Source: Lachnospiraceae bacterium (GTDB lineage: Bacteria > Bacillota > Clostridia > Lachnospirales > Lachnospiraceae). Taken from it: DNA of 50,464 bases. The translations under genes and the position numbers were made by a program. Under the pieces are notes generated by a model. That model did no database searches. It was not told where the DNA came from and saw only the letters and a program-made list of their open reading frames with translations. Location: NCBI GenBank assembly GCA_017470735.1, contig JAFUYB010000053.1, forward strand, positions 1 to 50,464, in the 5' to 3' direction. This document shows, piece by piece, positions 18,728 to 28,166 of the stretch (within the stretch, counting starts at the first letter, position 1; each line of letters begins with the position of its first letter).

Positions 18728-18805
18728 ATTCGTCCGTTGAACGCAACGACTATATTACCAAAGACCCGGAAAAAAGTCAAGAAAGTTGCGGTCAGAAACA
18801 AATTT

Positions 18806-18836
18806 TTTTTCACAAACGCGAAAATTATGCTATACT
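18806..18836 (+). promoter_or_regulatory. Candidate promoter for the HD-GYP gene (extended -10 TGcTATACT)
   Basis: TGCTATACT at 18828-18836. The -35 is weak. Confidence 0.3.
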
Positions 18837-18875
18837 AATACGGCAACTTTGCAGGATTGGCATGGGAGAAAAGTT

Positions 18876-19970
18876 TTGGCGATCAAACAAAAGCGTGTCA
18901 GTATTCGGAAATTGGAAGAAGGGATGAAGCTCGGTCAGCAGATCAGGGATGCGACAGGACGGGTCTTGATCCAGCAGGGGACACAGCTTGAAGGGCATTA
19001 TATCCAGTACTTGGAGGAGCATGGCATCAACTCCATCATCATCCAGGAGGGTGAGGAGGACGGACCGCAGGTGCAGCTTTCGGACAAGGCAAAGCGCGCC
19101 GTTGAGCGGACGAGGGTGGATGATCCGGTCAAGGTTTCGCTGCGTGAAGATGTCAAAAAGCGTGTCGGCGAGGGCGTGCAGTTTTTATTTGACAATACGG
19201 AGTCCAAGAATTTTTTGGAGACGACGAACAATGTTTCCGAGGAATTGACGCGGGCGATCACCAAGTATGACGCTGTGGCGATCGATATTGCGCAGCTTAA
19301 AGTTTCAGATGAATACACATTCAAGCACAGCGTGGATGTGGCTTCCCTGTCGATGATCATTGGCAAGAAATACGGGCTGAAGAGGGACGAGATCCGGGAG
19401 ATCGGTATTGCGGGACTGCTGCATGATGTCGGCAAGTCCAAGATCCCAAAGCAGATTTTAAACAAGCCTGACCGTCTGACCGATGAGGAATTTCATCAGA
19501 TGAAGTTCCATTCCTTGTATGGTTACAAGATTTTGGAAGAAAACAACGGATTTTCCGTCGGCATCAAAAGCGGCGTGCTCCAGCACCATGAAAAGATGAA
19601 TGGAAAGGGTTATCCGATGTCGGTCGGCGGAGCGAAGATCCATCCGTTTGCGCGGATCATTTCGGTTGCGGATGTTTACGACGCATTGGTCACGGAACGC
19701 CCTTATAAAAAAGGTTTTCCGAAGAAGGACGCGATCGAGATCATTATGACGATGACCGATGACCTGGATATGAAAGCGATGAAGAGCTTTCTGACGAGCG
19801 TGATCCTCTATCCGGTGGACAGCATCGTCAGGCTTTCAAACGGCGAATACGGCAAGGTCGTTGAAAACAATCCCGATTACCCATTACGCCCCAAAGTCGT
19901 GGCGACCGAGACAGGCGCTGTGTACGATCTGAACAATGATGTCCACTGCCAGAGCATTGTGATTCTATAA
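18876..19970 (+). CDS. HD-GYP domain c-di-GMP phosphodiesterase
   Basis: HSVDV...LLHDVGKSKIP...HHEKMNGKGYP...VADVYDALVTERPYKKGF. TTG start at 18876 after GGGAGA. An alternative ATG lies at 18924. Confidence 0.8.
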   Translation: MAIKQKRVSIRKLEEGMKLGQQIRDATGRVLIQQGTQLEGHYIQYLEEHGINSIIIQEGEEDGPQVQLSDKAKRAVERTRVDDPVKVSLREDVKKRVGEGVQFLFDNTESKNFLETTNNVSEELTRAITKYDAVAIDIAQLKVSDEYTFKHSVDVASLSMIIGKKYGLKRDEIREIGIAGLLHDVGKSKIPKQILNKPDRLTDEEFHQMKFHSLYGYKILEENNGFSVGIKSGVLQHHEKMNGKGYPMSVGGAKIHPFARIISVADVYDALVTERPYKKGFPKKDAIEIIMTMTDDLDMKAMKSFLTSVILYPVDSIVRLSNGEYGKVVENNPDYPLRPKVVATETGAVYDLNNDVHCQSIVIL

Positions 19971-20000
19971 TATTTGGTATATAATATTTTAAATTTTTGT

Positions 20001-20035
20001 TGACTTCGGAGGAAAAATCAGTATAATTATCTAGT
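20001..20035 (+). promoter_or_regulatory. Strong sigma-A-type promoter for tRNA-Leu (TTGACT, 16 nt, TATAAT)
   Basis: ttgacttcggaggaaaaatcagtataat. Confidence 0.55.
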
Positions 20036-20069
20036 ACGGCTTGAGACAGAGCCGCTTTATATGGGAAAT

Positions 20070-20154
20070 GCACGAGTGGCGGAATTGGCAGACGCGCAGG
20101 CTTCAGGTGCCTGTGGTCGTTAAGATCGTGTGGGTTCAAGTCCCACCTCGTGCA
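20070..20154 (+). tRNA. tRNA-Leu (anticodon CAG)
   Basis: GCACGAGTGGCGGAATTGGCAGACGCGCAGGCTTCAGGTGCCTG...TGGGTTCAAGTCCCACCTCGTGCA. Anticodon loop is TTCAGGT. A T-run follows and no CCA is encoded. Confidence 0.85.
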
Positions 20155-20206
20155 TTTTTTGTGTATAATTGAGAAAACATTTCAAAACGACAAGGGAGGA
20201 ATGATT

Positions 20207-21232
20207 ATGTCATTATTCAAGAGCAAGCAATTCAGTTCGGTGATCGAGTGGGCGGATCCCGAGGAGGGAGTGCTGTTTCACCGATTTGACAATATCGAGC
20301 TCAAAAAAGGGTCGGTCTGCATCCTGCGCCCGGGGCAGGATGTGATCATTGTCAGCAACGGCGAGGTCAACGGCGTATTTACAAAGGACGGACGCTACAA
20401 TGTGGAGTCGGACATTATTCCGTTTCTGTCTACGGCTGCGGGCATTAAGTTCGGCTTTGACAGCGGACGGCGCATTGAAGCGGTTTTCGTCAACACCAAG
20501 GATATTTTGCAGAACTGGGGCACGCGCAGTCCGATCAATATCGAATTTCCGGGACTGCCGGGAGGCATACCGGTACGGGCAAACGGCAATTTTGTCTGCC
20601 ATGTCGATGAGGAGAAATACCCGGTTCTTGTCGAAAACATCGCCGGTATCCAGACCGAATTTACGGTAGAGGATCTGCGGGAACGGTTGCTCGGATCGAT
20701 CGAACAGTCGCTGATGCAGCATATTTCCCAGCTCGCGGGGACGATTCAGACCCTGCAGTCACAGGTGAGTACGATTTCGGCGGAGATTCTGCCGGAGATC
20801 GATGCGGAGACATCAAAATACGGCATCCGTATCCGTGATTTCAAGGTGATGAGCTTTTCCTATCCCGAAGGCGTGCAGGAGAAGCTCGAACAGGCCGCGG
20901 GTATCGGATTGCTGGGGAACAACATCGCGGCTTACCAGCAGGTGGCGCTGGCAGACGGCTTGCGCGAAGGCGGCGGAGCTGCAGGCATGGCAGGCATGTT
21001 TGTCGGTGCTCAGGCAGGCGCGCAGATGGGACAGAATTTCGTGGCAGGCGCAGCCCAGAACGCGGCAGGCGCAACTCAGAATGCAGTAGGCGGTGCCGGA
21101 ATGGGCGCAGCACAAAACGCGGCGGGAGCGGCACAGCAGCCGTCAGGCGGCGGTTTCTGCATTAAGTGCGGGACAGCGCTTCCGGCAGGCGCGGCATTCT
21201 GCCCGTCCTGTGGTAACAAGGTCGGTGCGTAA
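20207..21232 (+). CDS. SPFH (band-7/flotillin-like) domain protein with a Gly/Ala/Gln-rich tail and a C-terminal zinc ribbon
   Basis: AGGGAGGA RBS. The ORF-track start at 20150 overlaps the tRNA, so it was trimmed to the ATG at 20207. The C-terminus reads ...GGGFCIKCGTALPAGAAFCPSCGNK. Confidence 0.65.
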   Translation: MSLFKSKQFSSVIEWADPEEGVLFHRFDNIELKKGSVCILRPGQDVIIVSNGEVNGVFTKDGRYNVESDIIPFLSTAAGIKFGFDSGRRIEAVFVNTKDILQNWGTRSPINIEFPGLPGGIPVRANGNFVCHVDEEKYPVLVENIAGIQTEFTVEDLRERLLGSIEQSLMQHISQLAGTIQTLQSQVSTISAEILPEIDAETSKYGIRIRDFKVMSFSYPEGVQEKLEQAAGIGLLGNNIAAYQQVALADGLREGGGAAGMAGMFVGAQAGAQMGQNFVAGAAQNAAGATQNAVGGAGMGAAQNAAGAAQQPSGGGFCIKCGTALPAGAAFCPSCGNKVGA

Positions 21233-21299
21233 GCGTCGGGCAGTGTTTCACATCATTGGTATTTGAAAATGGCAGTTGACAAATGGGAGGTGGCGGTCA

Positions 21300-22826
21300 A
21301 TGAGGTCATGCCCGAATTGCGGAGGCGGTCTGAAATTTGACATCGGATCGCAGAAATTAAAATGTCCAAGCTGCAGCAGCATGTTTCCGGTGGGGGAGAT
21401 ACCGGAGGTGCGGGCGGCAAAGGCGGACGGGACGATGGATGCGATGATCTTTTCCTGCCCGCAGTGCGGCGGGGAGGTCTGGTCTACATCAGAGACAGCG
21501 GCAGGCTTCTGTTCATTCTGCGGCGCGTCCGTGCAGCTTGAAGGCCGGATGGCGGCGGAAAAGATGCCCGAGCAGATCATTCCGTTTCAGATTACCGGAA
21601 AGGAATGCGGCAAACGGTTCCGCGAGCATGTGAAAAAATATTTCTTTTCGCCGTCCGATTTGAGCCAGGAAAACGCGAAAATGGAATTCCGCGGGATCTA
21701 TATGCCTTATTGGGATTATACGGTGCACCAGGAAGCGCATATCGACCGGGAATACAGGGATGAGCATCGCAGCGGCGATTACCGGATCGTCCGGTACTAT
21801 GATTTTGACTGGGATCTGAATGAGGATATCGAAGCGATCCAGCACGATGCGTCGCGCTCGTTCAATGATGATGTCGGAGTGGCGATCGCGCCGTTTGAAC
21901 CGGAAAAACGGGTGGCGTTTGACTCCGGCTATATGGAAGGCTTCTATGGCGATGTGGCGGATACGCAGTGGGAGGATTACGCCGATTTCGCGATTGATGA
22001 AGCGGTTGGTTATACGGAGCGCGCGATCCGAACCAAGACAAAGGGTACCCGTACGGACAAGGGACCGACCGGCAATGATGAGTTTCATGGCCGGATTATA
22101 AAGCGTCAGCTTTCGCTGTTTCCGGTCTGGTTTTTGTCATACCGTTCCGGCAACCGGGTCGCGTATTCGGCGGTCAATGGACAGACGGGAAAGGTACATG
22201 TGGATCTGCCGGTGTCGCCGGCCAAATTCGCGGGACTGACTGCGGCGATCACGGCGGTACTGTTTGTGTTCTTTTTGCAGCTTTTTACTCCATCGCCGCA
22301 GACGGATGTCGGGATCGCGATGATCATGTCGATTGCCGCGTCCGCAATTTTTACGGTGATGACGCAAAAGATCCTCGAACGGGATGAACTGCTGGAAAAG
22401 AAAGAGAAAAAAGAGGGAAGCAATCGAAAAAAAGGACTGATTTTAGGCTGCACAGGCAGCTGCCTGATCGTCATTGTCCTTTTCGTATCGATTCTTGTGG
22501 GTTTGGTTTTCTTTATTGAAATAGCGGCAGCAGTGATCGCGCTATGGGCACTGGTCCGTTATTTGCAGAGGAACAAGCTGTTTGTCAAGGCAAACGGACA
22601 GGGCGTGTTCCCGTCGCCGCTTCTGGCATTTGCCGCGGCGCTTTTGGGCATTGCCGTGGTTTTGTGGAATCCGGTTTCCGATTTCTGGTACTACGGCATC
22701 ACGGCGCTGGCAATGGCAGCGGCCGCGATCTCTCTCGGTTCGATCATTGCGCTGCGGAATATGCTTTCGACGAGGCGCTTGCCGCAGTTTGACACGCACA
22801 AAGGAGGTGATCACCGTGCAAGGTAA
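21300..22826 (+). CDS. Multi-zinc-ribbon membrane protein (hypothetical)
   Basis: GGGAGGTGG lies 6 nt before the ATG. There are three CxxC pairs in the first 90 aa (CPNCGG, CPSC, CPQCGG, CSFCG). About six TM helices are predicted in the C-terminal half. Confidence 0.6.
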   Translation: MRSCPNCGGGLKFDIGSQKLKCPSCSSMFPVGEIPEVRAAKADGTMDAMIFSCPQCGGEVWSTSETAAGFCSFCGASVQLEGRMAAEKMPEQIIPFQITGKECGKRFREHVKKYFFSPSDLSQENAKMEFRGIYMPYWDYTVHQEAHIDREYRDEHRSGDYRIVRYYDFDWDLNEDIEAIQHDASRSFNDDVGVAIAPFEPEKRVAFDSGYMEGFYGDVADTQWEDYADFAIDEAVGYTERAIRTKTKGTRTDKGPTGNDEFHGRIIKRQLSLFPVWFLSYRSGNRVAYSAVNGQTGKVHVDLPVSPAKFAGLTAAITAVLFVFFLQLFTPSPQTDVGIAMIMSIAASAIFTVMTQKILERDELLEKKEKKEGSNRKKGLILGCTGSCLIVIVLFVSILVGLVFFIEIAAAVIALWALVRYLQRNKLFVKANGQGVFPSPLLAFAAALLGIAVVLWNPVSDFWYYGITALAMAAAAISLGSIIALRNMLSTRRLPQFDTHKGGDHRAR

Positions 22827-23775
22827 ACAGAAAAAGCAGGGAAGAACGCCTTTTGCGCGGCTGGAATCAGGCAGGCACGCCCGCTGTGCGGGATGGAAGA
22901 TGAGAATGGCATTTTTCGGTCTGCTGGCGGTTCTGTTGTGTGCGATAGTGCCGGGCAACGCGGTCTGTGCCGCGGAGGAGCTGACGGAAACGGCGGACGA
23001 ATTAAACGGTGCGTCAGATGAACTGTCTGATCCGGCGGACGGGACTGACGAAGCGTACGGAGATGCGGATGCGCAGGAGCAGAGCATCGAACTGGCATAC
23101 AAGAGCGACAAGAGCGGGAAGACGCTGGTCGTAGAGGACGGGGAGAACCTGTTTTCCGATAGTGAGATCCGGCAGTTTATAGAATCCGCCTCAGGCGTGC
23201 TGGAATATGCGAATGTCTATATCGTGACTTCAAGCGAAGAAAATTACGAAGGGTACGCGAAACGGCTGATTGACGATACCTTTGGCAACGGCTCGGATTC
23301 GACCTTGTTTATGATCAACATGAATCCGCGGAAGCTCTATATTTTCTCGGAAGGACAGGCGAAAAAGACACTGACGAAGGACAAGGCGCGGACGGTCACC
23401 GACAATATTTACCGTCAGGCGAGCCTCGGAGCGTACTATGCCTGCGCCGAGAAAGCGCTACGCCAGGAAGCGACGCTGCTTTCGGGAGGACGGATATTGG
23501 AGCCGATGAAGTATATCGGCGATTTCTTCCTCGCGTTTATGGTCGCCATCCTGCTGGTATTCGGGCAGACATTCTGGCTGCGTCCGAGGGAGAAGCGGGA
23601 AGTGATCGCCGGCATCGACGAAGCGGTGCTGGCAGCGATCGCATCGGGCATTGCGTTCAGCTTCAGCCGGGAGGAAAAGATTTACGATCCGCCAAGCAGC
23701 AGTGATTCCGGCTCCGGAGGAGGAGGCGGATTCAGCGGCGGTGATTCTGGTGCCGGCGGCGGGCATTCGTTTTAA
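22816..23775 (+). CDS. TPM-domain (YgcG-like) secreted/membrane protein
   Basis: AAGGAGGTG + 6 nt + GTG at 22816, overlapping the previous gene by 11 nt. There is a signal peptide. An acidic linker is followed by the TPM fold, one TM helix and a C-terminal SGGGGGFSGGDSGAGGGHSF tail. Confidence 0.6.
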   Translation: MQGKQKKQGRTPFARLESGRHARCAGWKMRMAFFGLLAVLLCAIVPGNAVCAAEELTETADELNGASDELSDPADGTDEAYGDADAQEQSIELAYKSDKSGKTLVVEDGENLFSDSEIRQFIESASGVLEYANVYIVTSSEENYEGYAKRLIDDTFGNGSDSTLFMINMNPRKLYIFSEGQAKKTLTKDKARTVTDNIYRQASLGAYYACAEKALRQEATLLSGGRILEPMKYIGDFFLAFMVAILLVFGQTFWLRPREKREVIAGIDEAVLAAIASGIAFSFSREEKIYDPPSSSDSGSGGGGGFSGGDSGAGGGHSF

Positions 23776-23787
23776 ACGGATGTCCGC

Positions 23788-24858
23788 TTACAGTTTGCGC
23801 ATACGGTCAGGATTGATCGCATAGGTCATTGCAGTTTCCCGCGTGATGCGCCCTTCGTGGTAAAGCTCCTTTAAGCTGTCGTCCATCGAGCGCATCCCGC
23901 CGCCGGTTCCCGAATAGATCATACCGTCAATCTGGTAGATCTTGTTGTCGCGGATCATGTTGCGGATCGCGGGCGTGACGGTCATGATCTCAAAGACCGG
24001 CACGATGCTGTTGTCGATGGTCGGCACGAGCTGCTGCGAGACGACGGCATGCAGCACGGTCGAAAGCTGTACCGCGATCTGGTGCTGCTGGTTTGCCGGG
24101 AACACATCGATAATACGGTTGATCGTATTGGCGGCACCGATCGTATGCAGCGTGGACAGCAGCAGGTGTCCGGTTTCCGCGGCCGTCATTGCGACAGAAA
24201 TCGTTTCAAAATCACGCATCTCACCAAGCAGGATGACATCGGGACTTTGGCGGAGCGCCGCGCGCAGGGCGGCGACATAGCTTTCGGTATCGACGACAAC
24301 CTCGCGCTGGCTGACGATGCTTTTTTTGTGCCGGTGCAGATACTCGATCGGGTCTTCAAGAGTGATGATGTGCGCTTCCCGCTTTTCGTTGATATCTTCA
24401 ATGATACACGAAAGTGTCGTGGATTTGCCCGAGCCGGCCTGGCCGGTCACGAGCACCATGCCGTTGGAGAAATTGCCGAGGTCGATGATCTCCTGCGGGA
24501 TGTGCAGCTTTGACGGATCGGGCAGCTCAAAGCTGATGATACGCATAACCGCGGACAATGCGCCCCTCTGTTTGTAGGCGCAGACACGGAATCTTGAGAA
24601 TCCGGGGATCGCAAGGGAAAAGTCGTCGTCGCCGCGGTCGATCAGGATGCGGATATCACGGTCGGCAAGGCGGTAGATTTCCCGCAGCAGTTCTTCCGTC
24701 TGCGCCGGGAATACCTTTTCTCCGCCGTCCATATTGATCACGCCGTTCTTGCGGAAGGACACCGGTATACCTGCGACGATGAACACATCGGATGCGCGTT
24801 CCCGTACTGCCCGCTCTAAGATCTGCTCGATTCTCGTTTTCTCTTCCATAGTAGTCAC
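23788..24858 (-). CDS. pilT: PilT-type type IV pilus ATPase (retraction-ATPase family)
   Basis: Walker A (GQAGSGKST). PilT signature AIRNMIRDNK. 356 aa. Confidence 0.8.
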   Translation of the reverse strand: MTTMEEKTRIEQILERAVRERASDVFIVAGIPVSFRKNGVINMDGGEKVFPAQTEELLREIYRLADRDIRILIDRGDDDFSLAIPGFSRFRVCAYKQRGALSAVMRIISFELPDPSKLHIPQEIIDLGNFSNGMVLVTGQAGSGKSTTLSCIIEDINEKREAHIITLEDPIEYLHRHKKSIVSQREVVVDTESYVAALRAALRQSPDVILLGEMRDFETISVAMTAAETGHLLLSTLHTIGAANTINRIIDVFPANQQHQIAVQLSTVLHAVVSQQLVPTIDNSIVPVFEIMTVTPAIRNMIRDNKIYQIDGMIYSGTGGGMRSMDDSLKELYHEGRITRETAMTYAINPDRMRKL

Positions 24859-24888
24859 CTCGTGTATGGTCGTTTGTTGTCAAAATAA

Positions 24889-25350
24889 TTACCGTATGAC
24901 ATTTACGGTATCGTCGCCCTCCCAATTCTTGGTGGCGATTGTTTTAAACTCCGAAAACCGGTAGGCATTGGTTTCTTTGTCGTATTTAAAGACAACGGAC
25001 AGCGCCTGGATATCGGAAAGCTCATACTGGCGGCTGATTTTTGTTTCTAGTGTATCCGGGGTGGCATTGTCGGCTGTATCCGCTGCATCCGGTTCTGTGC
25101 CGGCTGCATTATTTCCACTGCTTGCCGCCGCCTTTCGGTTCAGCTCCGCTAAGTCCGTCTCCGCCTGGTTTGCCGCGGCATAATAGGCGTCGCGGCTGCT
25201 TTTGGTCAGTCCTGCCTGATGCCATTCGTTTTCCGCCTGCACGAGTGCGATCGCGGAAAAGGTGAACAGGCACAAAATCAGGAACACGACTAGAAGCAGT
25301 GAGATGCCGATATTCGCGGGTGGCGAAGCGTTGTTGCGTTCTGTGTTCAT
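24889..25350 (-). CDS. Small membrane-anchored protein (pilus-associated, hypothetical)
   Basis: A single N-terminal TM helix. The gene is co-directional and tightly spaced within the pil-like cluster. Confidence 0.45.
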   Translation of the reverse strand: MNTERNNASPPANIGISLLLVVFLILCLFTFSAIALVQAENEWHQAGLTKSSRDAYYAAANQAETDLAELNRKAAASSGNNAAGTEPDAADTADNATPDTLETKISRQYELSDIQALSVVFKYDKETNAYRFSEFKTIATKNWEGDDTVNVIR

Positions 25351-25369
25351 AAAAAGAAGCTCCTGTCAC

Positions 25370-25834
25370 TTATGGCGATGGTTGCTTTGCGTGATTGACG
25401 GACAGACTGTACACCTCGTCGCCATTCACATTGCGAAAGGTCAGATCGGCGTTTAGCATGTCGTCCGTTTCCGTCAATTGTACCGTCTCGACCTGCGCGA
25501 GCGTGCTCTTTGCCGTCGGCAGGTAATTGTCGTTAAAGTAGATCGAGATTTCATAGGGATCGGATTCCTGCGAAAGCTCCGCGTATTCATATACCCGCCC
25601 GATCTGCTGGGATACTTCCTCGATCGAGTTGGAGGTCCGTACCAGCTCCGCCGTGTCCGAGCAGATGTTCAATGCGTGGTTCAGCGCCTTGGCGCGTTCG
25701 CTCTGGATGTGCGCCTGCACGAAAATGGTAATGCACACGGACGCCGCCAATGTAAAAAACAAGATCGCGACGACAAGCTCCATCAGAAAGAGAGAGGAAG
25801 CAGACGCTCTTTTTCGCTTTAATTCCGCATTCAT
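25370..25834 (-). CDS. Prepilin-like protein (type IV pilin / pseudopilin candidate)
   Basis: The N-terminus KRKRASASS|LFLMELVVAILFF has Glu at +5 from the putative cleavage site, with Ser instead of the canonical Gly at -1. The stop overlaps the next gene's start by 4 nt. Confidence 0.5.
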   Translation of the reverse strand: MNAELKRKRASASSLFLMELVVAILFFTLAASVCITIFVQAHIQSERAKALNHALNICSDTAELVRTSNSIEEVSQQIGRVYEYAELSQESDPYEISIYFNDNYLPTAKSTLAQVETVQLTETDDMLNADLTFRNVNGDEVYSLSVNHAKQPSP

Positions 25835-26415
25835 GGTGTTCCTCCGGTTGATGTATCCGTGCTCTGGCCTGTTGCCGCAGCTGTCCCCGGTGTCTTGCTG
25901 CTTTCCGTGAAGCTGTTATCGACAACCAGATCCCCCGCATACACGCCGACCCGCGCTGTCGCCGTCTGTCCGTCGTTGTCCGTGCAGGAGAAAGACAGCA
26001 GGCGGTCTCCGGCGACCTCTACATTGAAATCCGCGATCTCGAGGATCGCCTGGCCGGAGGATGCGGTGAAATTCGCTTCCATGCCGTCCTTGATGAACAG
26101 CTCCCTCAACGCGCCGTTTGCCGCGTAAATATAAGTAGCGTACCAGTCATCGCCGAATTTTTCCTTCATCACGACTGCCTTAGAACCGTCAAAGGTCGTC
26201 ACGCCGATCCGCCCGTTGTCGTGCTGGTGGATCTTCTCGCGGATGTAGGAGAGCGAGGTGTTGGCGTTGTAATTCATGGCCGCGTCGGCAACCGTCCGCT
26301 GGTATACCTGCGCCGCGAAAAGAATGACGATCAGCGCAGAAAGTGTGAATGCAAAAAAAATCATAACAGGAAATACAAATTCAATTTGCCGGTTTTTTGA
26401 AACAGGTTTCCGCAT
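25831..26415 (-). CDS. Membrane-anchored protein (pilus-assembly accessory, hypothetical)
   Basis: N-terminal TM helix with a Thr/Gly-rich C-terminus. Confidence 0.45.
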   Translation of the reverse strand: MRKPVSKNRQIEFVFPVMIFFAFTLSALIVILFAAQVYQRTVADAAMNYNANTSLSYIREKIHQHDNGRIGVTTFDGSKAVVMKEKFGDDWYATYIYAANGALRELFIKDGMEANFTASSGQAILEIADFNVEVAGDRLLSFSCTDNDGQTATARVGVYAGDLVVDNSFTESSKTPGTAAATGQSTDTSTGGTP

Positions 26416-26434
26416 ATTGTTACTTTCCTTGGTG

Positions 26435-26902
26435 TTACCTTAAAATAGTGCGGTTTTCGGCGCGTTCGAGGATATTATTCTTCATCTCCTCTTTCTTTTC
26501 TAACACCGCATACACGGTCTCCTGCGCGAAGCCGATTGCCTTTTGCGCAGGCGTGCGGGTGTCTTCGGGATGCAGCTCGATGATCGTCACATCGGGAATA
26601 ATGTTCTGCGCCCGCACCTGATAATCCACATAAAACAGGTCTTCATTGTAATACAGTCCGTAATCCGAGCGGATGGCCTCAAGGGATTCCGGATAATGTC
26701 CGGTCGTGGCGTAGCAGTAGACGATGTCGCGGGAGAGCGCGTCGGTCAGGCTTTCCTTCTGTCTTTTGGTGGAGCCTTTGCTTAAAGAACCCGTGCCGAC
26801 CACAAAAAGCACGATGACCATCGTAAACAGCAGCAGGGTCGGAAGCAGTGAGGCAAGCGTGCCGGTATGCCGTTTGGTTGTGATATAAGAAAACCGTGCC
26901 AT
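26435..26902 (-). CDS. Membrane-anchored protein (hypothetical)
   Basis: N-terminal TM helix. No canonical prepilin motif. Confidence 0.45.
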   Translation of the reverse strand: MARFSYITTKRHTGTLASLLPTLLLFTMVIVLFVVGTGSLSKGSTKRQKESLTDALSRDIVYCYATTGHYPESLEAIRSDYGLYYNEDLFYVDYQVRAQNIIPDVTIIELHPEDTRTPAQKAIGFAQETVYAVLEKKEEMKNNILERAENRTILR

Positions 26903-26970
26903 AAATCAACTCCCCGGCACTCCCGGGACAGATGCTTAAAAACCAGCAGCACATCCCGGCAGCATTCCCA

Positions 26971-28107
26971 TTACAATGTCGCCATAATCCCAAGCAGCGG
27001 GAACATTACGGACAGCAGGATCACACCGACCACGACCGAGAGCACGACGATCAGCGCGGGCTCTAAAACCGCCAGCCGGTTGGAGATTTTTGTGTCTATT
27101 TCATCTTGGTAAAGCGTTGCGATCTGCCCCATGACCTGGTCGAGCGAACCGGTCTTGTTGCCGATTGAGGTCAGGCGCGAATACACGCCGGTAAAAATGC
27201 TCGTCTCGTGAAGCGCGTCGGAAAGCGATGTGCCCTCCAGCATCTTGGCGCGGCACTTGTCAAGCTTCTTGCCAAAGTCTTTATCTTCGTTCAATTCCGC
27301 CACCAACTCAAAGCCGCGGTCAGGCGAGAGTCCGCTCCGCAGGATCAAAGACATGCCGTCCGCAAAACGGCAGGAGGCGATGCGGTCGTTCAGTTCCCTT
27401 GTCGCCTTGAACCGTCTTGTAACTCTTCTCGATAAGGCTTTTCCGGCATCGGTCTTGACGCAGAAGAACGCAAAGATAATGATGACGGCGAGCAGGATTA
27501 CAAACAGCAGCGCGTAGGTGCTGATGAAGTTGGACGCTGCCATCAGTCCCGCGGCAAAGCCTGTCATTTCGGTGCCGAGCTGGCGGAATACCTGGTTGAA
27601 GATCGGCATCACACGCACCAGCAGAATGATAATGACCGCAATGATCATGCCCGACATGATCAGAGGGTAGGTGACCGCGCTCTGGATCGACTGCCGCAGC
27701 TGTTCCTCGCGGCTGTAATGCTCTTCAAGCGCTTCCATGACCTCATCGAGATTGCCGGTTTCCTCGCCGATCGCGACCATATGGATCATATAGTCGGGAA
27801 AAGCTTCCGTAGCGGCCAGGCCGACCGAAAGCTGCCCGGTCAGATGCACGGTCTCCACGATGATCTCGACGATTTGCCGGTCCGCGCCGGTGGAGAAGTC
27901 ATCCTCCATCATTTCCACGCCCTCGATCGAGGAAATGCCGGACTTTAAGATCAGAGCCATCTGCCCGCAGAAATAGGACAGCTCCAGATAAGAGAGCGGA
28001 CGGATTTTTTTCCGGCGGCTCTTTTTGGGCTTCTTTGCCCGTGGCTCCTTTTTTGGTTTTTCGGTTTTTATTTTTGCTCTTTTTCGTGGCATAATCTTTC
28101 CCGTCAT
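26971..28107 (-). CDS. pilC: PilC/GspF-family platform protein with an unusual ~45-aa Lys/Arg-rich N-terminal extension
   Basis: Two T2SSF repeats (GISSIEGVEMM...; GLSPDRGFELV...). The N-terminus reads MTGKIMPRKRAKIKTEKPKKEPRAKKPKKSRRKK. Confidence 0.75.
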   Translation of the reverse strand: MTGKIMPRKRAKIKTEKPKKEPRAKKPKKSRRKKIRPLSYLELSYFCGQMALILKSGISSIEGVEMMEDDFSTGADRQIVEIIVETVHLTGQLSVGLAATEAFPDYMIHMVAIGEETGNLDEVMEALEEHYSREEQLRQSIQSAVTYPLIMSGMIIAVIIILLVRVMPIFNQVFRQLGTEMTGFAAGLMAASNFISTYALLFVILLAVIIIFAFFCVKTDAGKALSRRVTRRFKATRELNDRIASCRFADGMSLILRSGLSPDRGFELVAELNEDKDFGKKLDKCRAKMLEGTSLSDALHETSIFTGVYSRLTSIGNKTGSLDQVMGQIATLYQDEIDTKISNRLAVLEPALIVVLSVVVGVILLSVMFPLLGIMATL

Positions 28108-28166
28108 CGGAATGCCTTAAGACGCGCTGTCCGGCGTCTGCGGCAATCCCTGCACTTAAGCCAAGA

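Noticed and set aside
20150-20206. Upstream extension of the SPFH ORF to 20150
   Set aside because: It would overlap the 3' end of tRNA-Leu (20070..20154). A good RBS supports the internal ATG at 20207.
21820-22101. Arg-rich 93-aa ORF and other ORFs nested in the zinc-ribbon membrane protein gene
   Set aside because: Alternate-frame artefacts of GC-rich coding DNA.
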